From the NCBI GenBank assembly GCA_016938455.1, contig JAFGUQ010000002.1, forward strand, positions 1 through 49,638: a stretch of 49,638 bases of DNA. Reading direction: 5' to 3'. Source of the DNA: Clostridia bacterium (GTDB lineage Bacteria > Bacillota > Clostridia > DUPQ01). A model generated the notes under the pieces. That model did no database searches. It was not told where the DNA came from and saw only the letters and a program-made list of their open reading frames with translations. Shown one piece after another: positions 24,394-33,209 of this stretch. A program made the position numbers and the translations under genes. Within the stretch, counting starts at the first letter, position 1. Each line of letters starts with the position of its first letter.

Positions 24394-25467
24394 CTAAAGG
24401 CTTTCAATAACCTGTATATTCAATTTTTCTATAATAGCAACTCCCCATTGGATGGCCGCTTCGTAATCTTCATAAGCGCAATATCCGTAGTGTGTATGGA
24501 TATATCTTACAGGAATACCGATGACTATGGTTGGAACACCATTATGAGCTAAATGGATACTGCCTCCGTCTGTTCCTCCTCCGGCTCTCACGGCATCCTG
24601 AAAAGCGATTCCTTTTTCAACGGCAATCGATCTGGCAAAAGCAAGAAAACGCGGATGTGTAATCATTGAGGCATCTCTGTGTCTGACCTGCGGTCCGAAT
24701 TTTAATGCGGCCTGTGCTTCAAATGTTCCCCTGAAACCGTCATCTGCCGGTGTACCTTCAAAAACAATGGCAATATCAGGTTTGACTTTATTGGAAGTCA
24801 CTTTTGATCCGCGAAGGCCAACTTCTTCCTGAGTGGAGATGGTACCGACAACATCAATTTCCACTTTCCTGTTTTTCAGCTCATCAAGTACTCCGATGAC
24901 ACAGGCACAGCCGATTCTGTCATCAAAAGCTTTTCCCATCATCATTTTTGTGGTTTCGTTATATTCAAATTCAACTTCAGGAACTACCGGACAACCGACA
25001 TCAATTCCAAAGGTTTCAGTCACTTCTTCTCTTGAAGTCGCGCCGATGTCTATAAACATATTATCGATATTGGGAGCAGCATTTTTCTCTGCATCAGACA
25101 GGAAATGAGGTGGCTTTGAGGTAGTGATTCCTCTGATGTATTCCCCTCTGTAATTTCTGATTCTGACAAGATGTGCCGCTACATTAGAGGCTGCCCATCC
25201 TCCCATGGCAATAAATTTGATCAGCCCTTTTGTGTTGATGGATTCCACCATGAATCCTACTTCATCAGAGTGACCGTCAATCATCACGATTGGTCTTTTC
25301 CCGGTATTCTGCTTTCTGTTTAAATAAGCATTATTCATTGCATCAACAAAAACATCTGAACTTTCAGATGCATAATCCTTGACTACCGCTGCTACTTCTT
25401 CTTCAAATCCTGAAATCCCGTTTGCATTTGAAAGATCTCTGATCAGTTCCAGTTTGTTTACTGCCAT
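24394..25467 (-). CDS. M42-family metallopeptidase (FrvX/YsdC/CelM-like aminopeptidase)
   Basis: 357 aa. ..VMIDGHSDEVGFMV.., ..GKAFDDRIGCA.. and ..STQEEVGLRG.. match the M42 metal-binding segments. Confidence 0.8.
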   Translation of the reverse strand: MAVNKLELIRDLSNANGISGFEEEVAAVVKDYASESSDVFVDAMNNAYLNRKQNTGKRPIVMIDGHSDEVGFMVESINTKGLIKFIAMGGWAASNVAAHLVRIRNYRGEYIRGITTSKPPHFLSDAEKNAAPNIDNMFIDIGATSREEVTETFGIDVGCPVVPEVEFEYNETTKMMMGKAFDDRIGCACVIGVLDELKNRKVEIDVVGTISTQEEVGLRGSKVTSNKVKPDIAIVFEGTPADDGFRGTFEAQAALKFGPQVRHRDASMITHPRFLAFARSIAVEKGIAFQDAVRAGGGTDGGSIHLAHNGVPTIVIGIPVRYIHTHYGYCAYEDYEAAIQWGVAIIEKLNIQVIESL

Positions 25468-25468
25468 C

Positions 25469-26743
25469 TTAACTCTCCTTAACTCGTTTTACATTGGCAC
25501 CAAGTGCCTGTATTTTCTCAACAAAGTTTTCATATCCTCTGTCTAAATATTCTAGATTATAGATGCAAGTCACACCATCTGCCACCAGTCCGGCAATCAC
25601 CAGTGCCGCTGCTGCTCTTAAGTCACTTGCTCTGACGGGGGCTCCGTTTAGCTTTTTCCCTCCGTTGATGATGGCGGTTGATCCTTCGATACGGATATCA
25701 CCCTGCATGCGCTGAAGCTGCTCTACATAGTTAAACCGTCTGGTGTCAAACACACCTTCTGTCAAATTGCTCTGTCCGTCAATGTCTAATAAATAACTGA
25801 CCATCTGAGGATGCAGATCAGTTGGAAAACCAGGATATGGAAGTGTCTTGATATTGACAGGTACAGACTTTTTTGTTCCCTTTACAGTGATGTAGTCATC
25901 TCCTACTTCAATCGTGGCTCCTGTTTCAATCAATTTGGCAGACAGCGATTCCATGTGTTCCGGAATGATATTGGCAACAGTCACATTCCCTTTTGTTGCA
26001 GCTGCTGCAATCATGAATGTTCCCGCTTCAATCATATCAGGTGACACGGTATAGGTTTTTCCGCCTTCAAGTTTATGAACTCCTGTAATACGAATGACAT
26101 TGGTTCCGGCTCCTTTGATATCAGCACCCATCATGTTAAGAAAATTGGCCATATCAACGATATGCGGTTCTCTGTTTGAATTTTCAAGAATGGTGACTCC
26201 TTCAGCTAATGTCGCTGCAAGAATAGTGTTGATGGTAGCGCCTACTGTAGGAACATCGAAGTATACTTTTGAACCTATGAGCTTTTTGGCTTTGGCTTTG
26301 ATATATCCTCCTGATATTTCAACAGTAGCACCCAGTGCCTCAAATCCCTTGATATGCTGGTCAATAGGACGTTGTCCAAAGTTACAGCCACCGGGGAATG
26401 TCACCTCTGCATTGTTGCATCTGCCAAGCAGTGCGCCGACAAAATAGTATGAGGATCTGATCTTGCTCAGCTCTCCGTATGGTGTTTTATGATTATTGAT
26501 TTTTGTTGCATCAATCCGATAAGTTTTATTATCCAGCCGCACAACTTCAACGCCCAGGTTTTCCAGGGCGTTTAACATCACTTGTGCATCTGTAATATTG
26601 GGAATATTCTCTATGGTCACTTGACCTTCTACTAATAATGCTGCTGCTATGATAGCAACTGCAGCATTTTTAGCACCACTTATTTCTACTTTACCTTCCA
26701 GCTTTCTGCCTCCGGTCACTAATAATTTTTCTTCTGTTAACAA
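25469..26743 (-). CDS. murA: UDP-N-acetylglucosamine 1-carboxyvinyltransferase
   Basis: The ORF extends to 26791. The likely start is TTG 26741-26743, after GGAGAG, giving a ~424 aa product. ..GGRKLEGKVEISGAKNAAVAI.. is the canonical MurA N-terminus, and the active-site Cys loop is ..FPGGCNFGQRPIDQHI... The stop lies 1 nt from the next start. Confidence 0.85.
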   Translation of the reverse strand: MLTEEKLLVTGGRKLEGKVEISGAKNAAVAIIAAALLVEGQVTIENIPNITDAQVMLNALENLGVEVVRLDNKTYRIDATKINNHKTPYGELSKIRSSYYFVGALLGRCNNAEVTFPGGCNFGQRPIDQHIKGFEALGATVEISGGYIKAKAKKLIGSKVYFDVPTVGATINTILAATLAEGVTILENSNREPHIVDMANFLNMMGADIKGAGTNVIRITGVHKLEGGKTYTVSPDMIEAGTFMIAAAATKGNVTVANIIPEHMESLSAKLIETGATIEVGDDYITVKGTKKSVPVNIKTLPYPGFPTDLHPQMVSYLLDIDGQSNLTEGVFDTRRFNYVEQLQRMQGDIRIEGSTAIINGGKKLNGAPVRASDLRAAAALVIAGLVADGVTCIYNLEYLDRGYENFVEKIQALGANVKRVKES

Positions 26744-26877
26744 TGTAGTTTTACTCTCCACATTTATATTTTTACATACTATATAATACATTTTATTTAC
26801 TATTAATTCAAGTTGAATAAATTATTTATGAAATATATAATAGATTTACAGAAAAGTAAAGAAAATGGTGAAATAAA

Positions 26878-28800
26878 ATGATTAACAAAGCAAATTTACA
26901 ACATGTAAAATTAAATAGCGGGTTTCTTTTTGAAAGAGCAGAAGTCAATCGCAAGGTGACTCTAAAAACAGAGTATGAACAGCTTCTTAATACCGGACGT
27001 CTATACAGCATGAAAATGACCTGGAAAGAAGGAATGCCTGATAAACCTCACTTTTTCTGGGATTCCGATGTTGCCAAATGGATTGAAGCCTGTGCTTATT
27101 CATTAGCTTCTTCACCTGATAAAGAGCTTGAATCAAAAGTGGATGAGATTATTGATATCATGGAAAAATCACAGCAGAAAGACGGATATCTCAATTCATA
27201 TTATCAGACTGTGGAAGTTGGTAAACGCTTCAGTAATCTGAAAGACAAGCATGAGCTTTATTGTGCAGGGCATTTAATTGAAGCTGCCGTCGCCTATTAT
27301 GAAACGACAGGAAAAGATCAGTTTCTGAATATCATGAAAAGGTATGCTGATTTATTGTGTTCTATCTTCGGAAATGAGGAGGGAAAACTCAAAGGATACC
27401 CAGGTCACGAAGAAATCGAGCTGGCTCTGGTAAAATTATTTGATGTGACCAAAGATAAGAAATACCTTGACCTTTCTGAGTTCTTTGTTCTTGAAAGAGG
27501 AAAATCTCCTAACTATTATGATATTGAAAGAGAAAAAGCAGACCCTTCCATTCAGTTTTATGATTATCATATCCCCGCATTGAAAAAACACGCTTACATC
27601 CAGGCTCATGAACCTGTTTTATCGCAGCAGAAAGTGGAAGGCCACGCAGTCAGGGCTCTTTATTATCTTTCAGGAGTGGCAGATATCGCTTATCGGACAA
27701 ATAATACCGATTTGATTACCGCCTGTAAACGGTTATATGATAATGTTGTCAATCAGAGAATGTATATCACCGGTGGTGTCGGATCTTCATTGAAAATTGA
27801 AAATTTCTCTTTTGATTATGATCTTCCAAATGAACTTGCCTATGCGGAGACCTGTGCTTCCATTGCTCTTGCTTTTTTTGTTCATCGAATGTTTCTGTAT
27901 GAAAAAAACGGAAAGTATATGGATATATTTGAAAAAGCACTTTACAATGGTATTTTAAGTGGAATGAGTCTTGACGGAACTGAGTTCTTTTATTCGAATC
28001 CTCTGGAAGTCAATAAGCAGGCAGTGGATTATGACACATTAGGACTAAAGTCAAACATGGGTTACAAAAGAAAAAAATGGTTTGGCTGCGCCTGCTGTCC
28101 TCCAAATATCGCAAGGCTCCTTTCTTCTCTTGGGCAATATATGTATGCCACATCAGAAGATACTGTTTTTGTCAATCTGTATGCCGGAAGTACATTGACA
28201 TTCGGAGATGTTCTTATTGAGCAGCATACTTCCTATCCCTTTGATGAAAACATAGTACTTAGAATTAAAACTGCGGTTGAAAAGACATTTACTCTAGCGT
28301 TACGAATCCCCTCCTGGTGTGAACATTATACAGTCAGACTTGATCATAAAAAGCTGAATTATGAAGTGAAAGACGGTTATCTGTATATCGAGAGAGCATT
28401 TTTGAATGATGATGAAATTCACCTGACGCTTGACATGCCTGTCAACACCATACAGTCACATCCAAGTGTTCGCCAGAATGTCAATAAATTAGCGATTCAA
28501 CGAGGTCCTGTGATCTACTGTCTTGAACATATAGACAACAAAGTGAATCTGAATCATCTCTATCTGTCCAAAGACACAAAATTCAAAGTGATTTATGATC
28601 AGCTGTTTTTAGGTGGCTGTGCCTACATTGAAGGAGTCGTTCATAAAATAAAATCAGATGAATCTCTTTCTCCTCTTTACAGCGTCTCAGGTAAGGCTGC
28701 CTATGAAGATTTTAAAATCACAGCAGTTCCCTATTGTCTGTGGACAAATCGTTATCCAGGTGATATGGTAATATGGATGAACAAACTATGTAAGGATTGA
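26878..28800 (+). CDS. Glycoside hydrolase family 127 (DUF1680; beta-L-arabinofuranosidase HypBA1-like), cytoplasmic
   Basis: 640 aa. ..AYAETCASIAL.. (Glu/Cys) and ..WFGCACCPPNIARL.. match the Cys3-Glu zinc / catalytic Cys motifs of GH127. No signal peptide. Confidence 0.8.
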   Translation: MINKANLQHVKLNSGFLFERAEVNRKVTLKTEYEQLLNTGRLYSMKMTWKEGMPDKPHFFWDSDVAKWIEACAYSLASSPDKELESKVDEIIDIMEKSQQKDGYLNSYYQTVEVGKRFSNLKDKHELYCAGHLIEAAVAYYETTGKDQFLNIMKRYADLLCSIFGNEEGKLKGYPGHEEIELALVKLFDVTKDKKYLDLSEFFVLERGKSPNYYDIEREKADPSIQFYDYHIPALKKHAYIQAHEPVLSQQKVEGHAVRALYYLSGVADIAYRTNNTDLITACKRLYDNVVNQRMYITGGVGSSLKIENFSFDYDLPNELAYAETCASIALAFFVHRMFLYEKNGKYMDIFEKALYNGILSGMSLDGTEFFYSNPLEVNKQAVDYDTLGLKSNMGYKRKKWFGCACCPPNIARLLSSLGQYMYATSEDTVFVNLYAGSTLTFGDVLIEQHTSYPFDENIVLRIKTAVEKTFTLALRIPSWCEHYTVRLDHKKLNYEVKDGYLYIERAFLNDDEIHLTLDMPVNTIQSHPSVRQNVNKLAIQRGPVIYCLEHIDNKVNLNHLYLSKDTKFKVIYDQLFLGGCAYIEGVVHKIKSDESLSPLYSVSGKAAYEDFKITAVPYCLWTNRYPGDMVIWMNKLCKD

Positions 28801-28802
28801 CC

Positions 28803-29858
28803 ATGGAATTATTTGTTCCGGGAAGACTTTGTCTCTTTGGAGAACATTCGGACTGGGCCAGTTTATACCAACCACAGAATAAGAAAATTCCCTCAGGCAG
28901 TGCTCTCGTATCACTGCTTGATTTAGGCATATATGCCCGAGCAGAAAAAAGCACACATATTGAAATAAATTCGGTGATCAACGAAAACGATATGGAAAAA
29001 AAGTTAACATTATTATGTGCCGCTGATGTCAGCGAGCTTCAGGTATATATTGACGAACATCATTTTTTTTCATATGCAGCTTCTATCTGTCAATATATGA
29101 TCAGGCATTATCATGTGGAGGGGATTTTTCTTGATAATTACAAAACAACACTTCCGATAAAAAAAGGGTTAGCCTCGAGTGCGAGTTTTTCTGTTTTACT
29201 GGTAAGAGCGTTTAACAGGGTTTATCATCTTGGTCTGACCTTTGATGATGAGCGGGAAATCGCTTTTTTATGTGAAAACATCTCTCACTCAAGGTGTGGA
29301 CGAATGGATCATGCCTGTGCTTATCCGAAATCCATCATGCACCTGGCTTTTAATCATGGCAGAACCGTCTACTCGAATATTGAAATGGCAAAAGACATTT
29401 ACCTTGTCATTGTTGATTTAAACGGAGTAAAAAACACCAGAGTGATTCTCGACAACCTGAACAGTCATTATCCCTTCCCCAGGAACAGAAAAGAAAGAGG
29501 TTTCCATCGCTATCTTGGGAAGTATAATATAAGAACAATTGAAAAAGCTGCTTCTTTTCTGAAAAAAGGAAAAGTGAAGCAGCTTGGTCACCTCATGAAT
29601 AAGGTTCAAAAGCAGTTTGACAGGCATGTTCAGCCTTTTTCTGAAGAGGACCTGTCTTCACCCTTATTACACTCTCTGCTGAATGATAAAAGCATATACC
29701 CCTTTATCTATGGAGGCAAGGGAGTCGGCTCTCATGGTGACGGATGTGCTCAACTGATTGCACGAGATGGAGAAAAGCAGCTGTTGCTGGTCTCTTATCT
29801 GATATCAAAAGGGTATCGCTGTTATCCTGTTATGATAAAAAAGGAGATTCATTTATGA
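28803..29858 (+). CDS. GHMP-family sugar kinase (galactokinase/arabinokinase/fucokinase-like anomeric kinase)
   Basis: The ATG at 28803 follows AAGGA (28792-28796). The ORF-track start (TTG 28797) overlaps the GH127 stop. ..VPGRLCLFGEHSDW.. and ..GLASSASFSVLLVRAF.. are GHMP motifs I and II. Confidence 0.7.
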   Translation: MELFVPGRLCLFGEHSDWASLYQPQNKKIPSGSALVSLLDLGIYARAEKSTHIEINSVINENDMEKKLTLLCAADVSELQVYIDEHHFFSYAASICQYMIRHYHVEGIFLDNYKTTLPIKKGLASSASFSVLLVRAFNRVYHLGLTFDDEREIAFLCENISHSRCGRMDHACAYPKSIMHLAFNHGRTVYSNIEMAKDIYLVIVDLNGVKNTRVILDNLNSHYPFPRNRKERGFHRYLGKYNIRTIEKAASFLKKGKVKQLGHLMNKVQKQFDRHVQPFSEEDLSSPLLHSLLNDKSIYPFIYGGKGVGSHGDGCAQLIARDGEKQLLLVSYLISKGYRCYPVMIKKEIHL

Positions 29859-30637
29859 AAGGAATTCTTTTAGGCGGCGGGAAAGCAACCAGATTGTATC
29901 CGATTACCAAAGTAATCACAAAACATCTTTTACCAGTGTATGACAAACCTATGATTTACTATTCGCTCTCTCTTCTCATGTACGCGAATGTGAAAGAAAT
30001 ACTGATTATCACTGACAGCAGTAATCTTGGGCATTACAAAAAAATCCTCGGAAACGGCAGCGATTTTGGTTTGAACATCAGTTACTGCATACAAAAACAG
30101 CCACATGGGATTGCAGAGGCTATTCTATTAGGTGCAGATTTCATTAAGAACGATCAGGTATGTCTGGTTCTCGGTGACACCATTCTGTATTCAGATACAC
30201 TGGAAGAAGATATCATCGGCATAAGGAGTCAATTAAAAGATTGTGCAGTCATTGCATGCAGACATAGCCATCCTGAACATTTCGGAGTTGCTTTTTTTAA
30301 TGATGACGGTCAATTAACAGAAATTAAGGAAAAGCCAGTCAATCCCTCTTCAGATTATGTGATTCCCGGACTCTACTTTTATGATAACACCTGTGTCAAA
30401 AAAGCAGAGAACCTTCGTCCATCATTACGTGGTGAGCTCGAAATCACCGATTTGAATAATGAGTACCTTAAGGCAGGAAAACTGCAGGTCAGTAAATTAG
30501 ACAACCTGCAGTATATTGATGCCGGACAATATGATTCTTTGTTGTCTGCGTCTAATTTTATCAGGAAAAAGCAGGAAGAGGAATCAATTGTCATCGGTGA
30601 TATTAAAAGAACAGCCAGTGAAAAAGGATGGATTTAA
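29855..30637 (+). CDS. Sugar-1-phosphate nucleotidylyltransferase (RmlA-like, short form)
   Basis: The ATG at 29855 forms an ATGA overlap with the kinase stop and is preceded by the RBS AAGGAG (29841-29846). MKGILLGGGKATRLYPITKVITKHLLPVYDKPMIYYSLSLLM.. is close to the RmlA N-terminus, and ..LRGELEITDLNNEYL.. is also RmlA-like. The longer ORF-track start at 29744 lies inside the kinase gene. Confidence 0.8.
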   Translation: MKGILLGGGKATRLYPITKVITKHLLPVYDKPMIYYSLSLLMYANVKEILIITDSSNLGHYKKILGNGSDFGLNISYCIQKQPHGIAEAILLGADFIKNDQVCLVLGDTILYSDTLEEDIIGIRSQLKDCAVIACRHSHPEHFGVAFFNDDGQLTEIKEKPVNPSSDYVIPGLYFYDNTCVKKAENLRPSLRGELEITDLNNEYLKAGKLQVSKLDNLQYIDAGQYDSLLSASNFIRKKQEEESIVIGDIKRTASEKGWI

Positions 30638-31593
30638 TCAAAGAAATCACTGAGTTTTCCTTTGTATGTTGCCAGCCCTATCTGTGAAAAACTCTCTTTG
30701 GCATATAAGCCATAATCATGATTCCTGATAAATTCGGAAATTTCCTTATTGTCTTTACCTGACCCTGTTCCTTCATACCATAGATAATAGGTTCCGTTAT
30801 ATAGATAAGGTGTACCAAACCAGATCGCTCCTTCGTCAAAGCTGCCAATTTCCCCTCTTTGAAGGATCGGATTTTTGCCGGAACGTTTCCATGTTATCAG
30901 ATTGGTAGAACGTGCGATTCCGAATCCGTTCGGATAGTCATCAAACCGGTTTCCACCACCATATATCATATAGTAATATTCTTCTTCTTTAATGATTCTG
31001 ACTGTGGAAATGGAGAATCCGTCAAAATCGCTGACATCTCCAGTGGATTCAAAGACCAGCTTTTCATTTTCAAAATGCAATCCATCGATACTCTCAGAGA
31101 CGAAAATCTTAAACTGCTGATCAATTTTCCGCTGATAAAACAGATAAATGATTTTGTTATGAAGAACCACTTCCGGAACCATGGCGTTCTCAATAATCGG
31201 TTTAGCATGTTTTTTAAAGTCAAAACCATCATCTGATACTGCTAAACCAACAGAAAGTCCCCTTTTGTTTGACCGTCCGGAGTAATAAAGATAAACTTTG
31301 TTATTGAACAGGACAGAAGCGGGATCTAAAATGTATTGATTATCAAAAGCATTTTCATCATTTGTGATTTTAATGATTGGATTGTTCTCATAGTGATTGA
31401 AATGGATACCGTCAAATTTGTCCTCTTCAACAGTGCACACTCCTATCTGATCATATCTTTCTACTCCCTGACCTCTGAAATACATCATAATCAGATTGTC
31501 TTTCTTAAGCAGGTCAGGGTTCGCAGCATGTATGCTGTAAAAAGTACCCTCAGTCCTTCCGATCACTGGATTATTTGAATATTTGACGAACAT
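30634..31593 (-). CDS. Five-bladed beta-propeller glycosidase-like protein (GH43/GH130-clan-like), cytoplasmic
   Basis: 319 aa. It shows the repeated ..NNPVI.. / ..NNPII.. / ..KNPIL.. and ..Y.Y.G.. blade pattern. The family assignment is tentative. Confidence 0.4.
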   Translation of the reverse strand: MFVKYSNNPVIGRTEGTFYSIHAANPDLLKKDNLIMMYFRGQGVERYDQIGVCTVEEDKFDGIHFNHYENNPIIKITNDENAFDNQYILDPASVLFNNKVYLYYSGRSNKRGLSVGLAVSDDGFDFKKHAKPIIENAMVPEVVLHNKIIYLFYQRKIDQQFKIFVSESIDGLHFENEKLVFESTGDVSDFDGFSISTVRIIKEEEYYYMIYGGGNRFDDYPNGFGIARSTNLITWKRSGKNPILQRGEIGSFDEGAIWFGTPYLYNGTYYLWYEGTGSGKDNKEISEFIRNHDYGLYAKESFSQIGLATYKGKLSDFFD

Positions 31594-31595
31594 TT

Positions 31596-32393
31596 TTACC
31601 GCCTTTCTATTGCCAACAGCTTTATTTTCCTGTCTGTACCTCCGCGATAGTTTCCGGTGCTGTCTTTTCTTGTCACCCGATGACAGGGAATGATAATAAG
31701 ATGCCTGTTTCTTGAGAGTGCACTTCCGGCTGCCCTGGCGCCTTTATGAAGTTGGCTGTAAGTTAAGGTGCTGCCATATTCTATCTTACTTGTCTTTTCC
31801 CAGATCTGTTTCTGAAAATCAGTTCCTTCTACATGTAAAGGGAGATCAAAATATTTTCTTTCGTTGTGAAGATATTCCTTCAACTGTTTTTTACAGACAT
31901 TCAATATGTCAATATCACTGTCGCATTCCTCCTCTTCTGTAAAAGAAACAGAAGTGATGTTGATATGGTTGCCTGTGATTTTAATGTTTCCAAGCTTGCT
32001 GCTGAAAATCAGAACATGATTTTTAAACAAGTCCTCTGCAATGGAAACATCGATGTCAACCAGTGGATAATCTCTGATTGTCTTCTGGTCAATCAATATG
32101 AAATCCTTGTGTTCTTTCAATGTAATCGTTCCCCGAAAACTGCTGATAAGAAAAGCAGTTATCGCTATTTCATGATTTTTCTTTTCGCATATCTTTCTTC
32201 CGACGGTAACATCAATATCAAGTTCTTCCATGAGTTCTCTTTTAAGTGCCTGCTGGTTTGTCTCATTTTCTTCTACTTTCCCTCCTGGAAATTCATACAG
32301 GTCTTTAAAAGCTTCACTTTTCCTTTTAAAAAGATAAACCTTCTCATTGTTCACCAAAATACCAGCCACTACTTTTGTTAACACATTGTTCAC
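31596..32393 (-). CDS. NUDIX (MutT-like) hydrolase fused to O6-alkylguanine-DNA alkyltransferase (MGMT/Ogt)
   Basis: 265 aa. The Nudix box is GGKVEENETNQQALKRELMEELDI in the N-terminal half. The C-terminal half has ..GTDFQKQIWEKTSKIEYGSTLTYSQL...AAGSALSRNRHLIIIPCHRV.. with the PCHRV active site. Confidence 0.8.
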   Translation of the reverse strand: MNNVLTKVVAGILVNNEKVYLFKRKSEAFKDLYEFPGGKVEENETNQQALKRELMEELDIDVTVGRKICEKKNHEIAITAFLISSFRGTITLKEHKDFILIDQKTIRDYPLVDIDVSIAEDLFKNHVLIFSSKLGNIKITGNHINITSVSFTEEEECDSDIDILNVCKKQLKEYLHNERKYFDLPLHVEGTDFQKQIWEKTSKIEYGSTLTYSQLHKGARAAGSALSRNRHLIIIPCHRVTRKDSTGNYRGGTDRKIKLLAIERR

Positions 32394-32471
32394 ACTTTCA
32401 TAATAGTTTGTTCATATTTATTGTATATAATATTACTATACCAAACGTAAATAATATATTTCCTCTTCCAT

Positions 32472-32505
32472 AAAAAAACAAGACCATATGAGTCTTGTTT
32501 TTTTT
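32472..32505. terminator. Intrinsic terminator (bidirectional architecture: A-run, 7-bp stem ACAAGAC/GTCTTGT, T-run)
   Basis: The sequence is aaaaaaacaagac-catatga-gtcttgtttttttt, immediately after the lipoprotein gene stop. Confidence 0.7.
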
Positions 32506-32507
32506 AT

Positions 32508-33140
32508 TCAATTGGTAAAAGCATTACTGTAATCCTCAAAAACAATGTCAGCCGGTGGAGTGAACAAAGCATCAGAGTCAGTTTTAAATTCTCTGATTTC
32601 AGTCACCACCTGAGACATGAGAAGCTGGTCAGACAAATACATGTTCACTTTGACCGGATAAGCATATTTGATTGAAACCCAGACTTCCATTCTGGCTGAA
32701 TCAGCATCTTCAATTGTTTCGATAAGAACAACATCCTCATCATTGTATTTCTCAATTCTTGCCTTTGCTCCGGGACTGTCATAAATTTCATCCAGATTAT
32801 AGAACTTCTGATTATCTGTCAGCGATACATACCCGGTATTCTGACCAGTGATATAGGAATAACTTTTATGTTCTGCTGCATTAAAAATATTCACTGAACC
32901 ATCACCGCTTTCTGTTCTGGTGTTTTTTCCAGACACATAAGTGATATCATCTATGGACATACCAAATATCTCTATGGTTGAGGCAACGGCAAACTGTTCT
33001 TCCACAACGATTTCACGTAACGCCGCAATCAGTTTTTCATCTTTCAGCTTCTTATTGAATCCTCCATCGCTATTACTGCATCCAGTCATAATCAAAATGG
33101 TGATGATGAACAGAACAAGTATTGTGGTTTGTTTTTTCAT
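32508..33140 (-). CDS. Lipoprotein of unknown function
   Basis: The likely start is the ATG at 33138-33140, after AAAGGA. The product begins MKKQTTILVLFIITILIMTGCSNS, a signal peptide with a lipobox Cys. Confidence 0.65.
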   Translation of the reverse strand: MKKQTTILVLFIITILIMTGCSNSDGGFNKKLKDEKLIAALREIVVEEQFAVASTIEIFGMSIDDITYVSGKNTRTESGDGSVNIFNAAEHKSYSYITGQNTGYVSLTDNQKFYNLDEIYDSPGAKARIEKYNDEDVVLIETIEDADSARMEVWVSIKYAYPVKVNMYLSDQLLMSQVVTEIREFKTDSDALFTPPADIVFEDYSNAFTN

Positions 33141-33209
33141 ATTTATCCTTTCACACATCTTTTGTGTATTTTAAATTATATCTATTAATATAAAAAATAA
33201 CAAGCAACG

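Noticed and set aside
29744-29854. The N-terminal extension of the nucleotidyltransferase ORF (297-aa version in the ORF track)
   Set aside because: The extension overlaps the 3' end of the kinase gene in another frame. The internal ATG at 29855 has a perfect AAGGAG RBS and yields the canonical RmlA N-terminus MKGILLGGG...
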